Made by a program: the position numbers and the translations under genes. This document shows, piece by piece, positions 51,095 through 60,865 of a DNA stretch of 64,000 bases. Below the pieces are notes generated by a model. It saw only the letters and a program-made list of their open reading frames with translations. It did not search any database and was not told the origin of the DNA. Within the stretch, counting starts at the first letter, position 1. Every line of letters begins with the position of its first letter. The stretch is from Candidatus Hydrogenedentota bacterium (GTDB lineage Bacteria > Hydrogenedentota > Hydrogenedentia > Hydrogenedentales > SLHB01). The stretch is from positions 64,001 through 128,000 of the forward strand of contig BTWA01000005.1 in NCBI GenBank assembly GCA_045863295.1, in the 5' to 3' direction.

Positions 51095-52444
51095 CTACTT
51101 CAATGCTTCAGCGAGGGCCGTTTCCATTATCTCCGCCACATCGGGATTCACCCAGCACCAGTCGTGGGCCTGGATAAATCCTTCTTCGATGGCGCGTGGG
51201 GTGGGAATGTATCCCGGAGCGCATTCACCATACCCTGCCACGAAGACGAGCCGGTCCGGACGGATTGCCTGTGCGCGCAGTTGCCAGCCCACGAAAGATT
51301 CGGCCGGCATTAACAGATAGATGGCTTTGCCAAAATCGACGGCCGGAAAATCGACGGGTTGCCCGGAGGCGACCCGGCTTTGCCAACTGAGTCCCATTGC
51401 GGCGAGTATGCGGTCAAAGGTTTTGCGGGACGGATCGGCCAGTGTACTTTTCAATACTTCCGGCGCGTAATCGCCGGTATCCCGTGCGGGAATCATGATT
51501 TTCGCCACGTTCACTCGCACGGCGTCCAAGGGTTCCCTCGCCGTACTTTCCAATGCGGTGTTCATTCCCGCATACAGTTTATCCGCGAGGACTTGCCTAT
51601 TCTTGGGATTTCCGTCGTTCCACTTGCCGGCAATGGTGTCGCCGCTGCATCCAGAGAAATAGATCTGGAACGTTTCGGGATGTTCGGCGTGCATGCGCGT
51701 GCGTGCCATACCCACGAAGTCGGCGGATACATCGCCTCGGCCATAGTAACTCATTGGGTGGATTGAGAACGCATACATGGCGACGACGGGCGTATCGCCA
51801 TTCCAGAAACTTATGGATTTTACCATGGGGTCGTTATCCCCCGCCGGCCGATCCCGCATGGCCGCGTCGGCGGTGGCGCTTGTGCGGTTGTAGTTTACGC
51901 CATCCGGCATTTCGACACGGCGGTTCGAGGCCAGTTCGTGCGTTTCGCCTTCGCCGTAGCCATAGTGGGTGATTGGCACGGCGTTGGGTAACGCCTCCCG
52001 CACCGCGCTTGCCACACGCTGTACGCAGTCTTCGTGATAGTCCGTAAACACGAGCGCGCCCTTCAGACCGTGTTCATCTAGGAGGCGTTGCGCCTCCAGA
52101 TCGGCGATGGGGGTGTCATGCTGATGGATGCACGACATCAGTACGTGATCCGGCTGGGTGCCGGCGGCCGCGGAAATTTCGCTTCGCCACCGGTCGTAGG
52201 CGTCGTTGCGGACTTCGCACCAGTCGAGAGCAAGAAAGACAATCGGTTTCTCCGCACCGAGCAATACGCAGCCTTTGGCAAACAGCGAATCGATGACTTG
52301 ATCCGCCGGCGCGATGCCGCCTCCCATCAGCGCGTGGCCCATGGGGGCCGTGATATCCACGTTGAATGTGGCCACTGAGAATTCGGCATGCGCCCCAAGC
52401 GAAGAAACAGCGAGTACTATGATGGCCGCGATGTACTTCTTCAT
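51095..52444 (-). CDS. Ceramidase-like exported hypothetical protein
   Basis: Signal peptide MKKYIAA; HQHDTP, SNRR, HPMSYY, SADFVG, GCSGD, PAESF, GYGE. Confidence 0.8.
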   Translation of the reverse strand: MKKYIAAIIVLAVSSLGAHAEFSVATFNVDITAPMGHALMGGGIAPADQVIDSLFAKGCVLLGAEKPIVFLALDWCEVRNDAYDRWRSEISAAAGTQPDHVLMSCIHQHDTPIADLEAQRLLDEHGLKGALVFTDYHEDCVQRVASAVREALPNAVPITHYGYGEGETHELASNRRVEMPDGVNYNRTSATADAAMRDRPAGDNDPMVKSISFWNGDTPVVAMYAFSIHPMSYYGRGDVSADFVGMARTRMHAEHPETFQIYFSGCSGDTIAGKWNDGNPKNRQVLADKLYAGMNTALESTAREPLDAVRVNVAKIMIPARDTGDYAPEVLKSTLADPSRKTFDRILAAMGLSWQSRVASGQPVDFPAVDFGKAIYLLMPAESFVGWQLRAQAIRPDRLVFVAGYGECAPGYIPTPRAIEEGFIQAHDWCWVNPDVAEIMETALAEALK

Positions 52445-52791
52445 GCCGTTTTGCTTTCTGGTTTTGCCGCACGCGATCGTTCGATCACCCAGGCTACGGT
52501 CAGGATTAACATCCAGATTCCGCTGAAGGCCAACCCACCGGATTCGCGGGCCTGTTCCGTTTCCAGAAAAGGCTTTTCCAACACGGGAAACCACCACCAT
52601 GCGACGCCTAGAAATGCGAGCGCGCCTGTAGCCGCGAACGCAATGTCGGTTCGCTTCAATCCCACGAGCGTCACGACAAACGGATAGAGATAAATGAGCA
52701 TCCAGATAACACCATCGGGATCGTTGTATTGCACGATGATGCTGGCGGCAAATGGGATGAGCATCAGTCCGCAGGAAATTTTTCTCAACAT
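52441..52791 (-). CDS. TMEM220-like membrane protein
   Basis: VQYNDPD and EQARESGGL motifs; about four TMs. Confidence 0.75.
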   Translation of the reverse strand: MLRKISCGLMLIPFAASIIVQYNDPDGVIWMLIYLYPFVVTLVGLKRTDIAFAATGALAFLGVAWWWFPVLEKPFLETEQARESGGLAFSGIWMLILTVAWVIERSRAAKPESKTA

Positions 52792-52897
52792 AAAGTCGGC
52801 TCCATCTTGGCTTTCTCACAGAGGTGGTCGAAACCGACTGCGTGCGTTTGCGAGTCGGGTTTCCGGCACTTTCCACGTACATTATCGAGCCAAGGTA

Positions 52898-53542
52898 TCA
52901 TTCCACGTCGGTCACCGGCCATTCCAACGGCAATGACACGCCCAGAGGCTGCATAAAATCCACGATGATTCGATAGGTCAAGCCCCAGATAGTGTACCCT
53001 TGGTAGTGGAAGCTGGGAAAAAGTCTTCGCAGTGGATCGGGAGGAAATATATATTCGCGCACGTTGGCCGAATCGCTGAAATGGGATACCGGTACCCATA
53101 CCGCAGCGGCGACTTCGTGGTTCAAAACGAGGTCGTGTTTCACCGGGCAATGGTAAACATAGGGTGATACCGATAGTTGAAAGTCCGCCAGGCGGCCGCC
53201 GGTTACATCGCTTAACCTCGCCAGTAGCGAATCCGGAGCAATTCTTAAACCGACTTCCTCATAGGTCTCGCGGCGCGCCGCTGCCTCGGTGGAGTCGTCC
53301 TCCGGGTCCTGTCGGCCACCGGGAAACGCCATATGGCCCGACCATGGATCCTCGGGATGATGCGCGCGTTGGATGAACAGCATTTCCAGGCCATCCGTGC
53401 CGTCGTGCAATGCGACCGCGACCGCGGCCTTTCGTTGCGCATCCTGCGATGGGATGGCTTTGTGAGCACGGGAGTTGAACGCCCGTTGGATTTCCGCGAG
53501 CGTTAGCTTCGGAGGTGAAATGGGATCGGGCACAGCAGACAT
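52898..53542 (-). CDS. Nudix hydrolase, CoA pyrophosphatase type
   Basis: WSGHMAFPGG, AARRETYEEVGL, IWGLT. Confidence 0.92.
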   Translation of the reverse strand: MSAVPDPISPPKLTLAEIQRAFNSRAHKAIPSQDAQRKAAVAVALHDGTDGLEMLFIQRAHHPEDPWSGHMAFPGGRQDPEDDSTEAAARRETYEEVGLRIAPDSLLARLSDVTGGRLADFQLSVSPYVYHCPVKHDLVLNHEVAAAVWVPVSHFSDSANVREYIFPPDPLRRLFPSFHYQGYTIWGLTYRIIVDFMQPLGVSLPLEWPVTDVE

Positions 53543-53615
53543 CCGAGGGTTCTATTGCTACTGACCACACACACCGCATCAGTATACATTCGAAGCCCTC
53601 GAACTTTCGAACCGC

Positions 53616-55301
53616 CTATTCCGCCCGCGTGGGCGGAGGAGGAGCGTATACGCCACGGGGCACGAATGGCACCGGCTCTGTATTTCCGTCTCCATCGACG
53701 TCTCTCAGCCTGAATTCCGTGGGTGTACCGGAGTAGATGGGTATTTCGGTATGAGCCACTTCTTCGATCGTAAGCACAATGGCCAAAAGCGACTTTTCTC
53801 CCATGGGTGTGGTGAAGATGTATATATCGCCCTTGGAATACTCGTAATCTGCACGAAGCGAAGCGGTGTTGTATGCGGGGAGTGGTTTCAATACCACTTG
53901 CTGCCGGTGATATGCCAGCATTTCCACGCGAAACGTGTCCATGGAGTTGGTTGGATGGATTCGTAGTCCGAGCAGGATTCCAGTGGGGAAGAGTTTCTCG
54001 ACGCCGTCCGCCGTAGCGGAGGCCACATCAGCAATTAAGGCTCCTCGATTTCCCATGAATTCAACAATCTCCGGATCCATTTTGAGCAACGGTTTAAAAG
54101 AATCCGATTCGCGGATGCTGGATGAAGTCACTACTTTGGATGCGTACCCCCGCGCGTTGTCGGCAAGCAACGTAGTCACACGAGGAGCGGAAAGCGTTTC
54201 AGTATCTTTATGGCGCGAAAAAGAATCCAGGATAGACTGTTTATACTCGGCCGTCTTTTCTGGATCGACGGGTACCCGGTAGGCTTTGAATTGACCCTTG
54301 TGAGTGACAATAGAGTCTGCTTCAGGGAGCGATCTCAATGCGGTTTCCGCAGTAGCCACATTCACTTTGCAGAATGCAGCTTCTATCGAAACCTGCCGGG
54401 ATGGAGTACCGGTGGGGACATTGGATTGAACCCGCAGCAAGTGGATGGAGTAGACCGCATTGTTTTCCTCGGCGGAAATTGGCATACCGCCAAATCCTCC
54501 TTTGCTCATGCCACCGCCGAATGATCCTCCTCCGAAGCTGCCACCTCCGAACCCCCCACCCCCGATTCCGCCATGGGCCCCTGTGCCATTGGCAGACTTA
54601 CCCATAGAATCCGCGGGCACCGTGTTCTTCAGCACGATTTTGAAAAGCGTATCCACTTCAGTCGCCGTCCGCACCGTTTCGTTGCTTTCCAATTCAGGCA
54701 GTTCGCGCTTTAAAACAAAGATCCACCGGCCGAGCTTTGCTTCTGTGAGCGTGTCCCATTCCGACTTTGAGAATTTCGGCATCCCAACCTCGGGCATCAC
54801 GCCTTCCAGGGGAACGCGCCCCGCCAAAACCGAGTCGGTTCCTTTCATAGCAACCTTGACTGATTGGTCGTCTGAGCCCGGTTGAATCGTAAGTTCTATG
54901 CGGGATACCGGTGCGGACTCCGAATGTTTCAGCCGATAGAGGTTATCCTTTTCCAGTTCGAAATACTCGATTGGTTCGCCTTCGCTTACTATCTGGTATC
55001 GCTTCCCCGCGTCAGCCGCGATCTTTGCATCGGTCACCTGCTCCGCGAATTCATTACCCGGAGCCCAATCGGGATGCCACTTCAAGAAGCCATTTAATTC
55101 CGCGGACAGCTTTAATCCAGGCATCAACTCCACCGGGACATCTTCAATTACTCCCGTCACAACGGCACCATCCACTTTGGGGTGAAACGCCTCGCCCGCC
55201 GGCGCTTTCAAACGAAAACTCTGATACACCACGGTATATTGCGATTCTCCCCAAGCCAAGGCGCCTATCATGCCCAAGGCGGCCATCCATGCGGTTCGCA
55301 T
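53616..55301 (-). CDS. Exported protein with two secretin-core-like modules and a Gly-rich linker
   Basis: Signal peptide; QVSIEAAFCKV, ETLSAPRVTTL, TGILLGLRIHP; N-half homologous to 55335..56033. Confidence 0.6.
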   Translation of the reverse strand: MRTAWMAALGMIGALAWGESQYTVVYQSFRLKAPAGEAFHPKVDGAVVTGVIEDVPVELMPGLKLSAELNGFLKWHPDWAPGNEFAEQVTDAKIAADAGKRYQIVSEGEPIEYFELEKDNLYRLKHSESAPVSRIELTIQPGSDDQSVKVAMKGTDSVLAGRVPLEGVMPEVGMPKFSKSEWDTLTEAKLGRWIFVLKRELPELESNETVRTATEVDTLFKIVLKNTVPADSMGKSANGTGAHGGIGGGGFGGGSFGGGSFGGGMSKGGFGGMPISAEENNAVYSIHLLRVQSNVPTGTPSRQVSIEAAFCKVNVATAETALRSLPEADSIVTHKGQFKAYRVPVDPEKTAEYKQSILDSFSRHKDTETLSAPRVTTLLADNARGYASKVVTSSSIRESDSFKPLLKMDPEIVEFMGNRGALIADVASATADGVEKLFPTGILLGLRIHPTNSMDTFRVEMLAYHRQQVVLKPLPAYNTASLRADYEYSKGDIYIFTTPMGEKSLLAIVLTIEEVAHTEIPIYSGTPTEFRLRDVDGDGNTEPVPFVPRGVYAPPPPTRAE

Positions 55302-55334
55302 TAGCGCATCTCCTTGACGTGTACGGCGTGAATT

Positions 55335-56033
55335 CTATTCCGCCTTGGAGTCCTGTGGTTTGTACTCGGTCACGCGGAAGTAGACTGCAATCTTTACCTG
55401 AGCCTCGGCCGGGGTGCTCGCCTCCGATTGTATTGCCTGATCGTCTTGCACCGTCAAAACCATCCACTTACCCAGTTCAATTGCTTCCGGCGTGTCCAGC
55501 GTACTCGCCAACGTGCGAATGTCGGGTTTACCCACTGGCAACTGTGTTCCTTCAACCGGCGCGCGTGCCGCGACGGCGGCAACGTTGCAGGTCATTCGCA
55601 ATGCGACCTTGGCTGGATTGTCCAGTGGAGTGAACGAGGCGGCCAATTCTATGCCGGGCGCCGTATCGGAGTTTTTCAATTCATAGCGGTTATCGCCGAC
55701 AAACTCGAAGTACTGCAAGGGTACGTCGCCGCCAATGCGGATGTTTGCTTCCGCCCCTTCGAGGGTCACGATTCTGGGCGCCGCAAGGACGGTGTAGGAC
55801 TGGTGTATCCAGGCGTGATCTATTTCGCCTCCGTTTACATCTACGGGCTCCAGAATTGATGGGTTCCGTTGTGAGTTTTCAGTTGCCTCATCCGAGACGT
55901 TTTTCTCACTGTGCTCGGGAATTTTCTGGGCTATCACAAATTCCGCTGAATATTGGATCTCCGCCGCGAGACAGAGGGTAGAAAACCCACTGAGTCCCAA
56001 CACGGCCAATTGTCTGTAAACAGTGCGTCTCAT
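55335..56033 (-). CDS. Stand-alone minimal secretin-core-like exported protein
   Basis: Signal peptide; VLAAPRIVTLEGAEANIRIGGDVP, GIEL, PDIRT, IAVYFRVT. Confidence 0.65.
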   Translation of the reverse strand: MRRTVYRQLAVLGLSGFSTLCLAAEIQYSAEFVIAQKIPEHSEKNVSDEATENSQRNPSILEPVDVNGGEIDHAWIHQSYTVLAAPRIVTLEGAEANIRIGGDVPLQYFEFVGDNRYELKNSDTAPGIELAASFTPLDNPAKVALRMTCNVAAVAARAPVEGTQLPVGKPDIRTLASTLDTPEAIELGKWMVLTVQDDQAIQSEASTPAEAQVKIAVYFRVTEYKPQDSKAE

Positions 56034-56416
56034 GTGGACGGACTCCTTTCTTGATTGGGCTGCTCTGGTTCTTCCAGTTCGATTACATAGGCGCGGTTAC
56101 GCCTGGGCTTGTCCGTGGATTGGAAACGTGCGGGCAGGTCAAATACGTTTGCGCTGCCCTGGGTTTCCTGGACGATATATATAATTTCACGACTGGGTGT
56201 AGCCTGCTGTCCGCGATAGAGCCAGGTTGCCGCTCCAAACCCGAGGGCAAGACATACGGCACATGCGCCCAGCATCGCGCGAAGTGTCACTCTCGATCCG
56301 TGCATTCTCTGCCGGCCGATGGCCGATTTCAGCAATAAGGCTTCCACGCGGCGATCGAGTTGATCGGAAGGGCTGCACAGTGCCCGTTGCCGCAACCGGT
56401 CTTCCATGTCGTTCAT
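56030..56416 (-). CDS. Putative single-TM anti-sigma factor
   Basis: ATGA overlap with the sigma gene; short helical N-terminus (MEDRLR...PSDQLDRRV), one TM. Confidence 0.7.
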   Translation of the reverse strand: MNDMEDRLRQRALCSPSDQLDRRVEALLLKSAIGRQRMHGSRVTLRAMLGACAVCLALGFGAATWLYRGQQATPSREIIYIVQETQGSANVFDLPARFQSTDKPRRNRAYVIELEEPEQPNQERSPST

Positions 56417-56892
56417 GCTTCATTCTCCCGGGTCATTGCCTGGAGTTTTTCAAGGCCGCGCCGGTACCACGATGCCGCTGTGCTCACCGGCACACCGCGC
56501 ACGTCGGCGATTTCCTGAAACGTGAGGCCGTTGTACAGTTTCATCACGATGCATTCGCGCTCGTCGTCGCCGAGATGAGTCAACATAAATTCAATGTCAT
56601 GTCCGGCACCGGCCGCAGGGGGTTCCGTGTGCCGGCCGTTGAATATGAACTGATCGCGGTTTCTGACCGTGTTGCGGCGTAGATCGTCCATTGCCGCATT
56701 ACGGACCATGCGAAACACATAGGGGCGGAGGTCTTCCGGCGGTTGTCTAAGCTCCAGCAACCGGGCAATCGCACCATGCACAATATCTTCCGCCACTTCC
56801 CGGTTTTTTGCCAGCGCGAGCGCGTAGGTGAACAGGGCGTCCCGATGGGATTCGTAGAATCGGCGCACGATATCGGTTAATTCCGCGTTCAG
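56413..56892 (-). CDS. ECF sigma factor (start CTG 56892 or GTG 56868)
   Basis: AEDIVH, YVFRMVRNAAMD, GLTFQEIA...STAASWYRRGL. Confidence 0.92.
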   Translation of the reverse strand: MNAELTDIVRRFYESHRDALFTYALALAKNREVAEDIVHGAIARLLELRQPPEDLRPYVFRMVRNAAMDDLRRNTVRNRDQFIFNGRHTEPPAAGAGHDIEFMLTHLGDDERECIVMKLYNGLTFQEIADVRGVPVSTAASWYRRGLEKLQAMTRENEA

Positions 56893-57099
56893 CGTGTCGA
56901 TCTCCCGCGAGTTGCCAGTCTGCTTGTACCACGCACCAGCATGGTCGATTTGTGCGGCCCGGTAAAAACGTACTGCGACGACCTTGGAGAGTCGGATGTT
57001 TTTTGTGTCAATAAACTACCTTGAAAAACGTGCTCAATGTTTGAAGAGTGCATTGGAATTACCGCATAAAAGCAATAAAAAGTAGGCGAGAGTGTAATA

Positions 57100-57138
57100 A
57101 ATTGACTCAGTTTCAGGTCGCTGGAGAATTGACTCAGT
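57100..57138. repeat. 12-bp direct repeat in an AT-rich divergent intergenic region
   Basis: AATTGACTCAGT at 57100..57111 and 57127..57138. Confidence 0.6.
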
Positions 57139-57341
57139 AAGGTTGTGAGGTAATAGGCTTTCTGAGTTGTGGTCAAAACGGTGTTGGCTGCCCCGTGATG
57201 ACCTTGTCAAACCAAATTCACAAAGCATTGTAGTGCAAGAGCTTGTGCTTGCTATCGCAATTGTGTGGCACGGGGCATTTGTGCTTGGAGCCAAGCAAGT
57301 TTGGAATCGAGAATGTAGTTACTTGATATAATGACATAAAT

Positions 57342-59918
57342 ATGCTAAATTATCTAAAAGATGCAATACTAAACTGGTTGGCCGAGGCACACCGGGGGCT
57401 CCCCGCCAAAGCGTGGGAATGCGGATTTCAAGCTCCAACGGGTTTCTGGCACGACACCACTTCGAGAGCACTAGTGGATCCTCTACACGATCGGCTGTAC
57501 GCGCGAAACAATGCCGGTGCCACGTCGCGGATTAGTGTGATCGTTTTCGGGGTGCTGTTGTTTGCGTTGTGCTTTGAGGTGCTGGCCCATATCGTGAAGC
57601 AGGCGTATCCGGAGTTGTCCCTTTTGTCGGGCACGCTGACGCTTGTTGCCGTCATTACGTTACTGTTGCCCGCCGTTTACCTGATTGTCCGTTACGACGG
57701 TACTCCAGTGCTGAAATCGACGATAGTTTCGTCGTTCGTCTTACTGCTCTTGTCCCAACTGATCCAAGTCACGGCTTCGATCGACTATTTTGACGGTTGG
57801 CCTGTTATCAGCGAGTCGTCGCCGTTGCACGATATGTCACGGTGGGTGTGTCTTGTACTCGGCCTTGTCCTTATGATGGCCAGCCTTTACTTCGCGTTGC
57901 TGGAAACGGTCATGACCCGCAGCCGGCTGATGGAAGAACACGCACAACTTCGACAGGAAGCGGCGATACGAAGCCGTGCCGAGCAGGCTTTGGTGGAGCG
58001 GGAGGATCTGTACCGTCAGGCCATTACGCAAGCGGGTGCGATTCCCTACCGCGTGAATTGGACCCGCAAGGAGTATACATTCTACGACGACACTGTATCC
58101 CGGTTGACTGGTTTCACACGCGACGAATTGACCTTTGAAAAGCTGCAATCGCTTCCGATCGAGAGGCGGTTTATAGGTGTCTTGTCCGGTCTTTCCCAGC
58201 AGGAAGTCGATTCGGGATTCGCGAACGGAACGTTGAACCGCTGGCAGTGCGAGTACCGCTTTAAGACAAAATCCGGTGAGGAACGATGGATTCTTGACAG
58301 CTCGATTGAGATTCCCGGCCCTGATGGGTCGATTGCGGAAACGGTTGGCTTGTTTCAAGACATTACCGATCGAAAACGCGAGGAGGAGGCGATAAAGCGG
58401 AATGAGCGGTACTTCCGCGCACTTACCGAGAAGGCGCAAGATCTTATTACGGTATTAAATGCCGACGGTACCATCCGCTACGAAAGCCCTTCCATAGAGA
58501 GTGTTCTGGGCTATGGCCAGGACGAGTTGACTGGCCGCAATGTGTTTGACTTCATACATCCCGACGATCGGTCCCGGGCGCTTGACACGTTTGTCCATGC
58601 GGTTGCGGAACCCAATGCGTCGGCGACCGTTAATTTCCGGTGTCTCCACCAGGACGGTACGTACCGGATGCTGGAATCGATTGGCATCAACCGGCTTTCC
58701 GATCCCGACGTGATGGGCGTGGTTATCAATTCTCGCGACGTAACCGATCGTCTGGCGTTGGAGCAGCAACTGTTGCAGTCGCAGAAAATGGAAGGCATTG
58801 GACGTCTGGCGGGCGGTATCGCGCACGATTTCAACAATCTTCTCACGTGCATTATGGGGTATAGCGAGTATATTACGGCGAAATCACTGCCCGGCGATTG
58901 GTACGTGCCGCATGTCACCGAGATTACTCAGGCGTCCCGCCGGGCTTCGGAGCTGACGCGCCAACTGCTTGCATTCGCCCGCAAGCAGATATCCGAGCCG
59001 CGCAACACGAATTTAAATGCACTCTTGACGAACATCGACAAGATGCTGTGCCGATTGATTGGCGAAGACATCGAGTTGGTGACCATACCCAGTACGGAAC
59101 CGTCGGTGGCTTTAATCGATCCAGTACAATTCGAACAGGTGGTGTTGAATCTGATTGTGAACGCGCGTGATGCGATGCCTGAGGGTGGAAAGATCACGGT
59201 TGAGCTGGATCACGTCGAACTGGATGATGAGTATTCGAAGTCGCACCCGGAAGTATTGCCCGGACCTTACATCTTATTTGCGGTAAGCGATACCGGTGCA
59301 GGTATGACAGAGGAAGTCAAGAGCCACATTTTCGAACCCTTCTTTACCACCAAAGGTCCGGGCAAGGGTACCGGTCTGGGTCTTGCCATGTGCTACGGCA
59401 TCGTGAAGCAGTCCGGCGGTCACATCTGGGTTTACAGCGAACCCGGAAGAGGCACCACGTTCAAGATCTATCTACCCCGCGTGGCTGATGCCGTTCCCGC
59501 GGCGGAGCGCACCACTGGGCGTAACATCGCCAAGGGCGGCACCGAGACCATACTGGTCGTGGAAGATGAGCCGGGGGTCCGGTCTATTGCAGAGAGAACG
59601 TTAAGTGACCGGGGCTATACCGTCATCGTCGCGCCCGACGGGGCCGCGGCTCTGGAAATAGCCTTGCGGGAAGGTACGCGCATTGACCTGTTGCTGACGG
59701 ACGTGGTGTTGCCCCATCTCAACGGGCCGGAGTTGGTTGCCCGGTTGAATGGAGACCTTCCGGGGCTGAAGGTGTTGTACATGTCGGGATATACCGAAGA
59801 CGCCATCGTGCATCGCGGCGTGCTGCAGAATTCCATCGATTTTTTGCCCAAGCCGTTTACGTCCGAAACGCTTGCCCACAAAGTCCGGGATGTTCTGGAT
59901 CAGTCCGTGGTTTCCTGA
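57342..59918 (+). CDS. Membrane PAS-PAS hybrid histidine kinase/receiver (CckA-like); start uncertain
   Basis: About four TMs, two [31 protein letters not shown], receiver LLLTDVV...KPF. Confidence 0.93.
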   Translation: MLNYLKDAILNWLAEAHRGLPAKAWECGFQAPTGFWHDTTSRALVDPLHDRLYARNNAGATSRISVIVFGVLLFALCFEVLAHIVKQAYPELSLLSGTLTLVAVITLLLPAVYLIVRYDGTPVLKSTIVSSFVLLLLSQLIQVTASIDYFDGWPVISESSPLHDMSRWVCLVLGLVLMMASLYFALLETVMTRSRLMEEHAQLRQEAAIRSRAEQALVEREDLYRQAITQAGAIPYRVNWTRKEYTFYDDTVSRLTGFTRDELTFEKLQSLPIERRFIGVLSGLSQQEVDSGFANGTLNRWQCEYRFKTKSGEERWILDSSIEIPGPDGSIAETVGLFQDITDRKREEEAIKRNERYFRALTEKAQDLITVLNADGTIRYESPSIESVLGYGQDELTGRNVFDFIHPDDRSRALDTFVHAVAEPNASATVNFRCLHQDGTYRMLESIGINRLSDPDVMGVVINSRDVTDRLALEQQLLQSQKMEGIGRLAGGIAHDFNNLLTCIMGYSEYITAKSLPGDWYVPHVTEITQASRRASELTRQLLAFARKQISEPRNTNLNALLTNIDKMLCRLIGEDIELVTIPSTEPSVALIDPVQFEQVVLNLIVNARDAMPEGGKITVELDHVELDDEYSKSHPEVLPGPYILFAVSDTGAGMTEEVKSHIFEPFFTTKGPGKGTGLGLAMCYGIVKQSGGHIWVYSEPGRGTTFKIYLPRVADAVPAAERTTGRNIAKGGTETILVVEDEPGVRSIAERTLSDRGYTVIVAPDGAAALEIALREGTRIDLLLTDVVLPHLNGPELVARLNGDLPGLKVLYMSGYTEDAIVHRGVLQNSIDFLPKPFTSETLAHKVRDVLDQSVVS

Positions 59919-59999
59919 GCCTGATTCGCCGGGGGATGCTGCCGCGATCATTCCCATGTGTTATGATTCCGCCTCAAAACAGGGGAGGGTCAGAGTGCC

Positions 60000-60803
60000 A
60001 TGAGCGAATCTTTGGTTTCTACTCGTACCGTCGGTGTCCTTCACTATATCTCGCTCAATAGGCCCTCCAAGCGGAATGCCGTTACGATGGAGATGTTGGC
60101 CCAACTGGAGTCGGCATTTCGCCATGCCGACCAACAGACCGGTGTACGGGCCATTCTGGTCACTGCCGAGGGTCCCATCTTTTCCGCCGGTGTGGATGTA
60201 TTGGGGCTGGCCCAGATGCGCGCGGAAGCCGGCGATCAAAATCCCTCGCGTTGGCTCCGCCGCGTGGCGGAACAGATGCAGCAGACGTTGAACGTTATTG
60301 AATCCACGGAAGTGCCCGTCATCGGTGTCCTTCACGGTCAGGTATTGGGTTTGGGGCTGGAATTAGCGCTGTCTTTCGATTTCCGCGTGGCGACATCGGA
60401 CTGCAAGTTGGGGCTGCCCGAAACGCGTCTGGGTCTCATTGCCGATGTAGGGGGTACCACCCGTCTCACCAAATTGGTCGGACCCAGCCGGACGAAAGAT
60501 CTGTTGATGACCGCCCGAACTGTGAGCGCGGAGGAAGCGCTTCAGTGGGGACTTGTCAATCGCGTTGCTTCGCCCGATCAAGCGTTGACTGAGGCGGAGA
60601 AGTTGGCGGGCCAGATTTCCGCGAACGCGCCCATTGCCGTGGGTCTGGCGAAACTGGTCGTTGACCAGGGCGACGGATTGCCCAAGCATACACAGATGGC
60701 GATTGAGCGGTGGGCCCAGAGTCAACTTATCGCGACGGACGACCTGGGCGAGGCGTTCGGCGCTTTTATGGAGAAGCGTCCGCCCGTGTTCAAAGGGAAA
60801 TGA
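60000..60803 (+). CDS. Enoyl-CoA hydratase/isomerase family protein
   Basis: LNRPSKRNA, FSAGVD, GLGLEL, LPETRLG, EKRPPVFKG. Confidence 0.93.
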   Translation: MSESLVSTRTVGVLHYISLNRPSKRNAVTMEMLAQLESAFRHADQQTGVRAILVTAEGPIFSAGVDVLGLAQMRAEAGDQNPSRWLRRVAEQMQQTLNVIESTEVPVIGVLHGQVLGLGLELALSFDFRVATSDCKLGLPETRLGLIADVGGTTRLTKLVGPSRTKDLLMTARTVSAEEALQWGLVNRVASPDQALTEAEKLAGQISANAPIAVGLAKLVVDQGDGLPKHTQMAIERWAQSQLIATDDLGEAFGAFMEKRPPVFKGK

Positions 60804-60865
60804 GCAACGTCTCATTCCGTTGGGGGTACACTTTGTATCGGAAAGACTTTCCTTGGAGAGCGCAG

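Noticed and set aside
57266..57282. TGGCACG upstream of the hybrid kinase as a sigma-54 promoter
   Set aside because: No TTGC at the required -12 spacing
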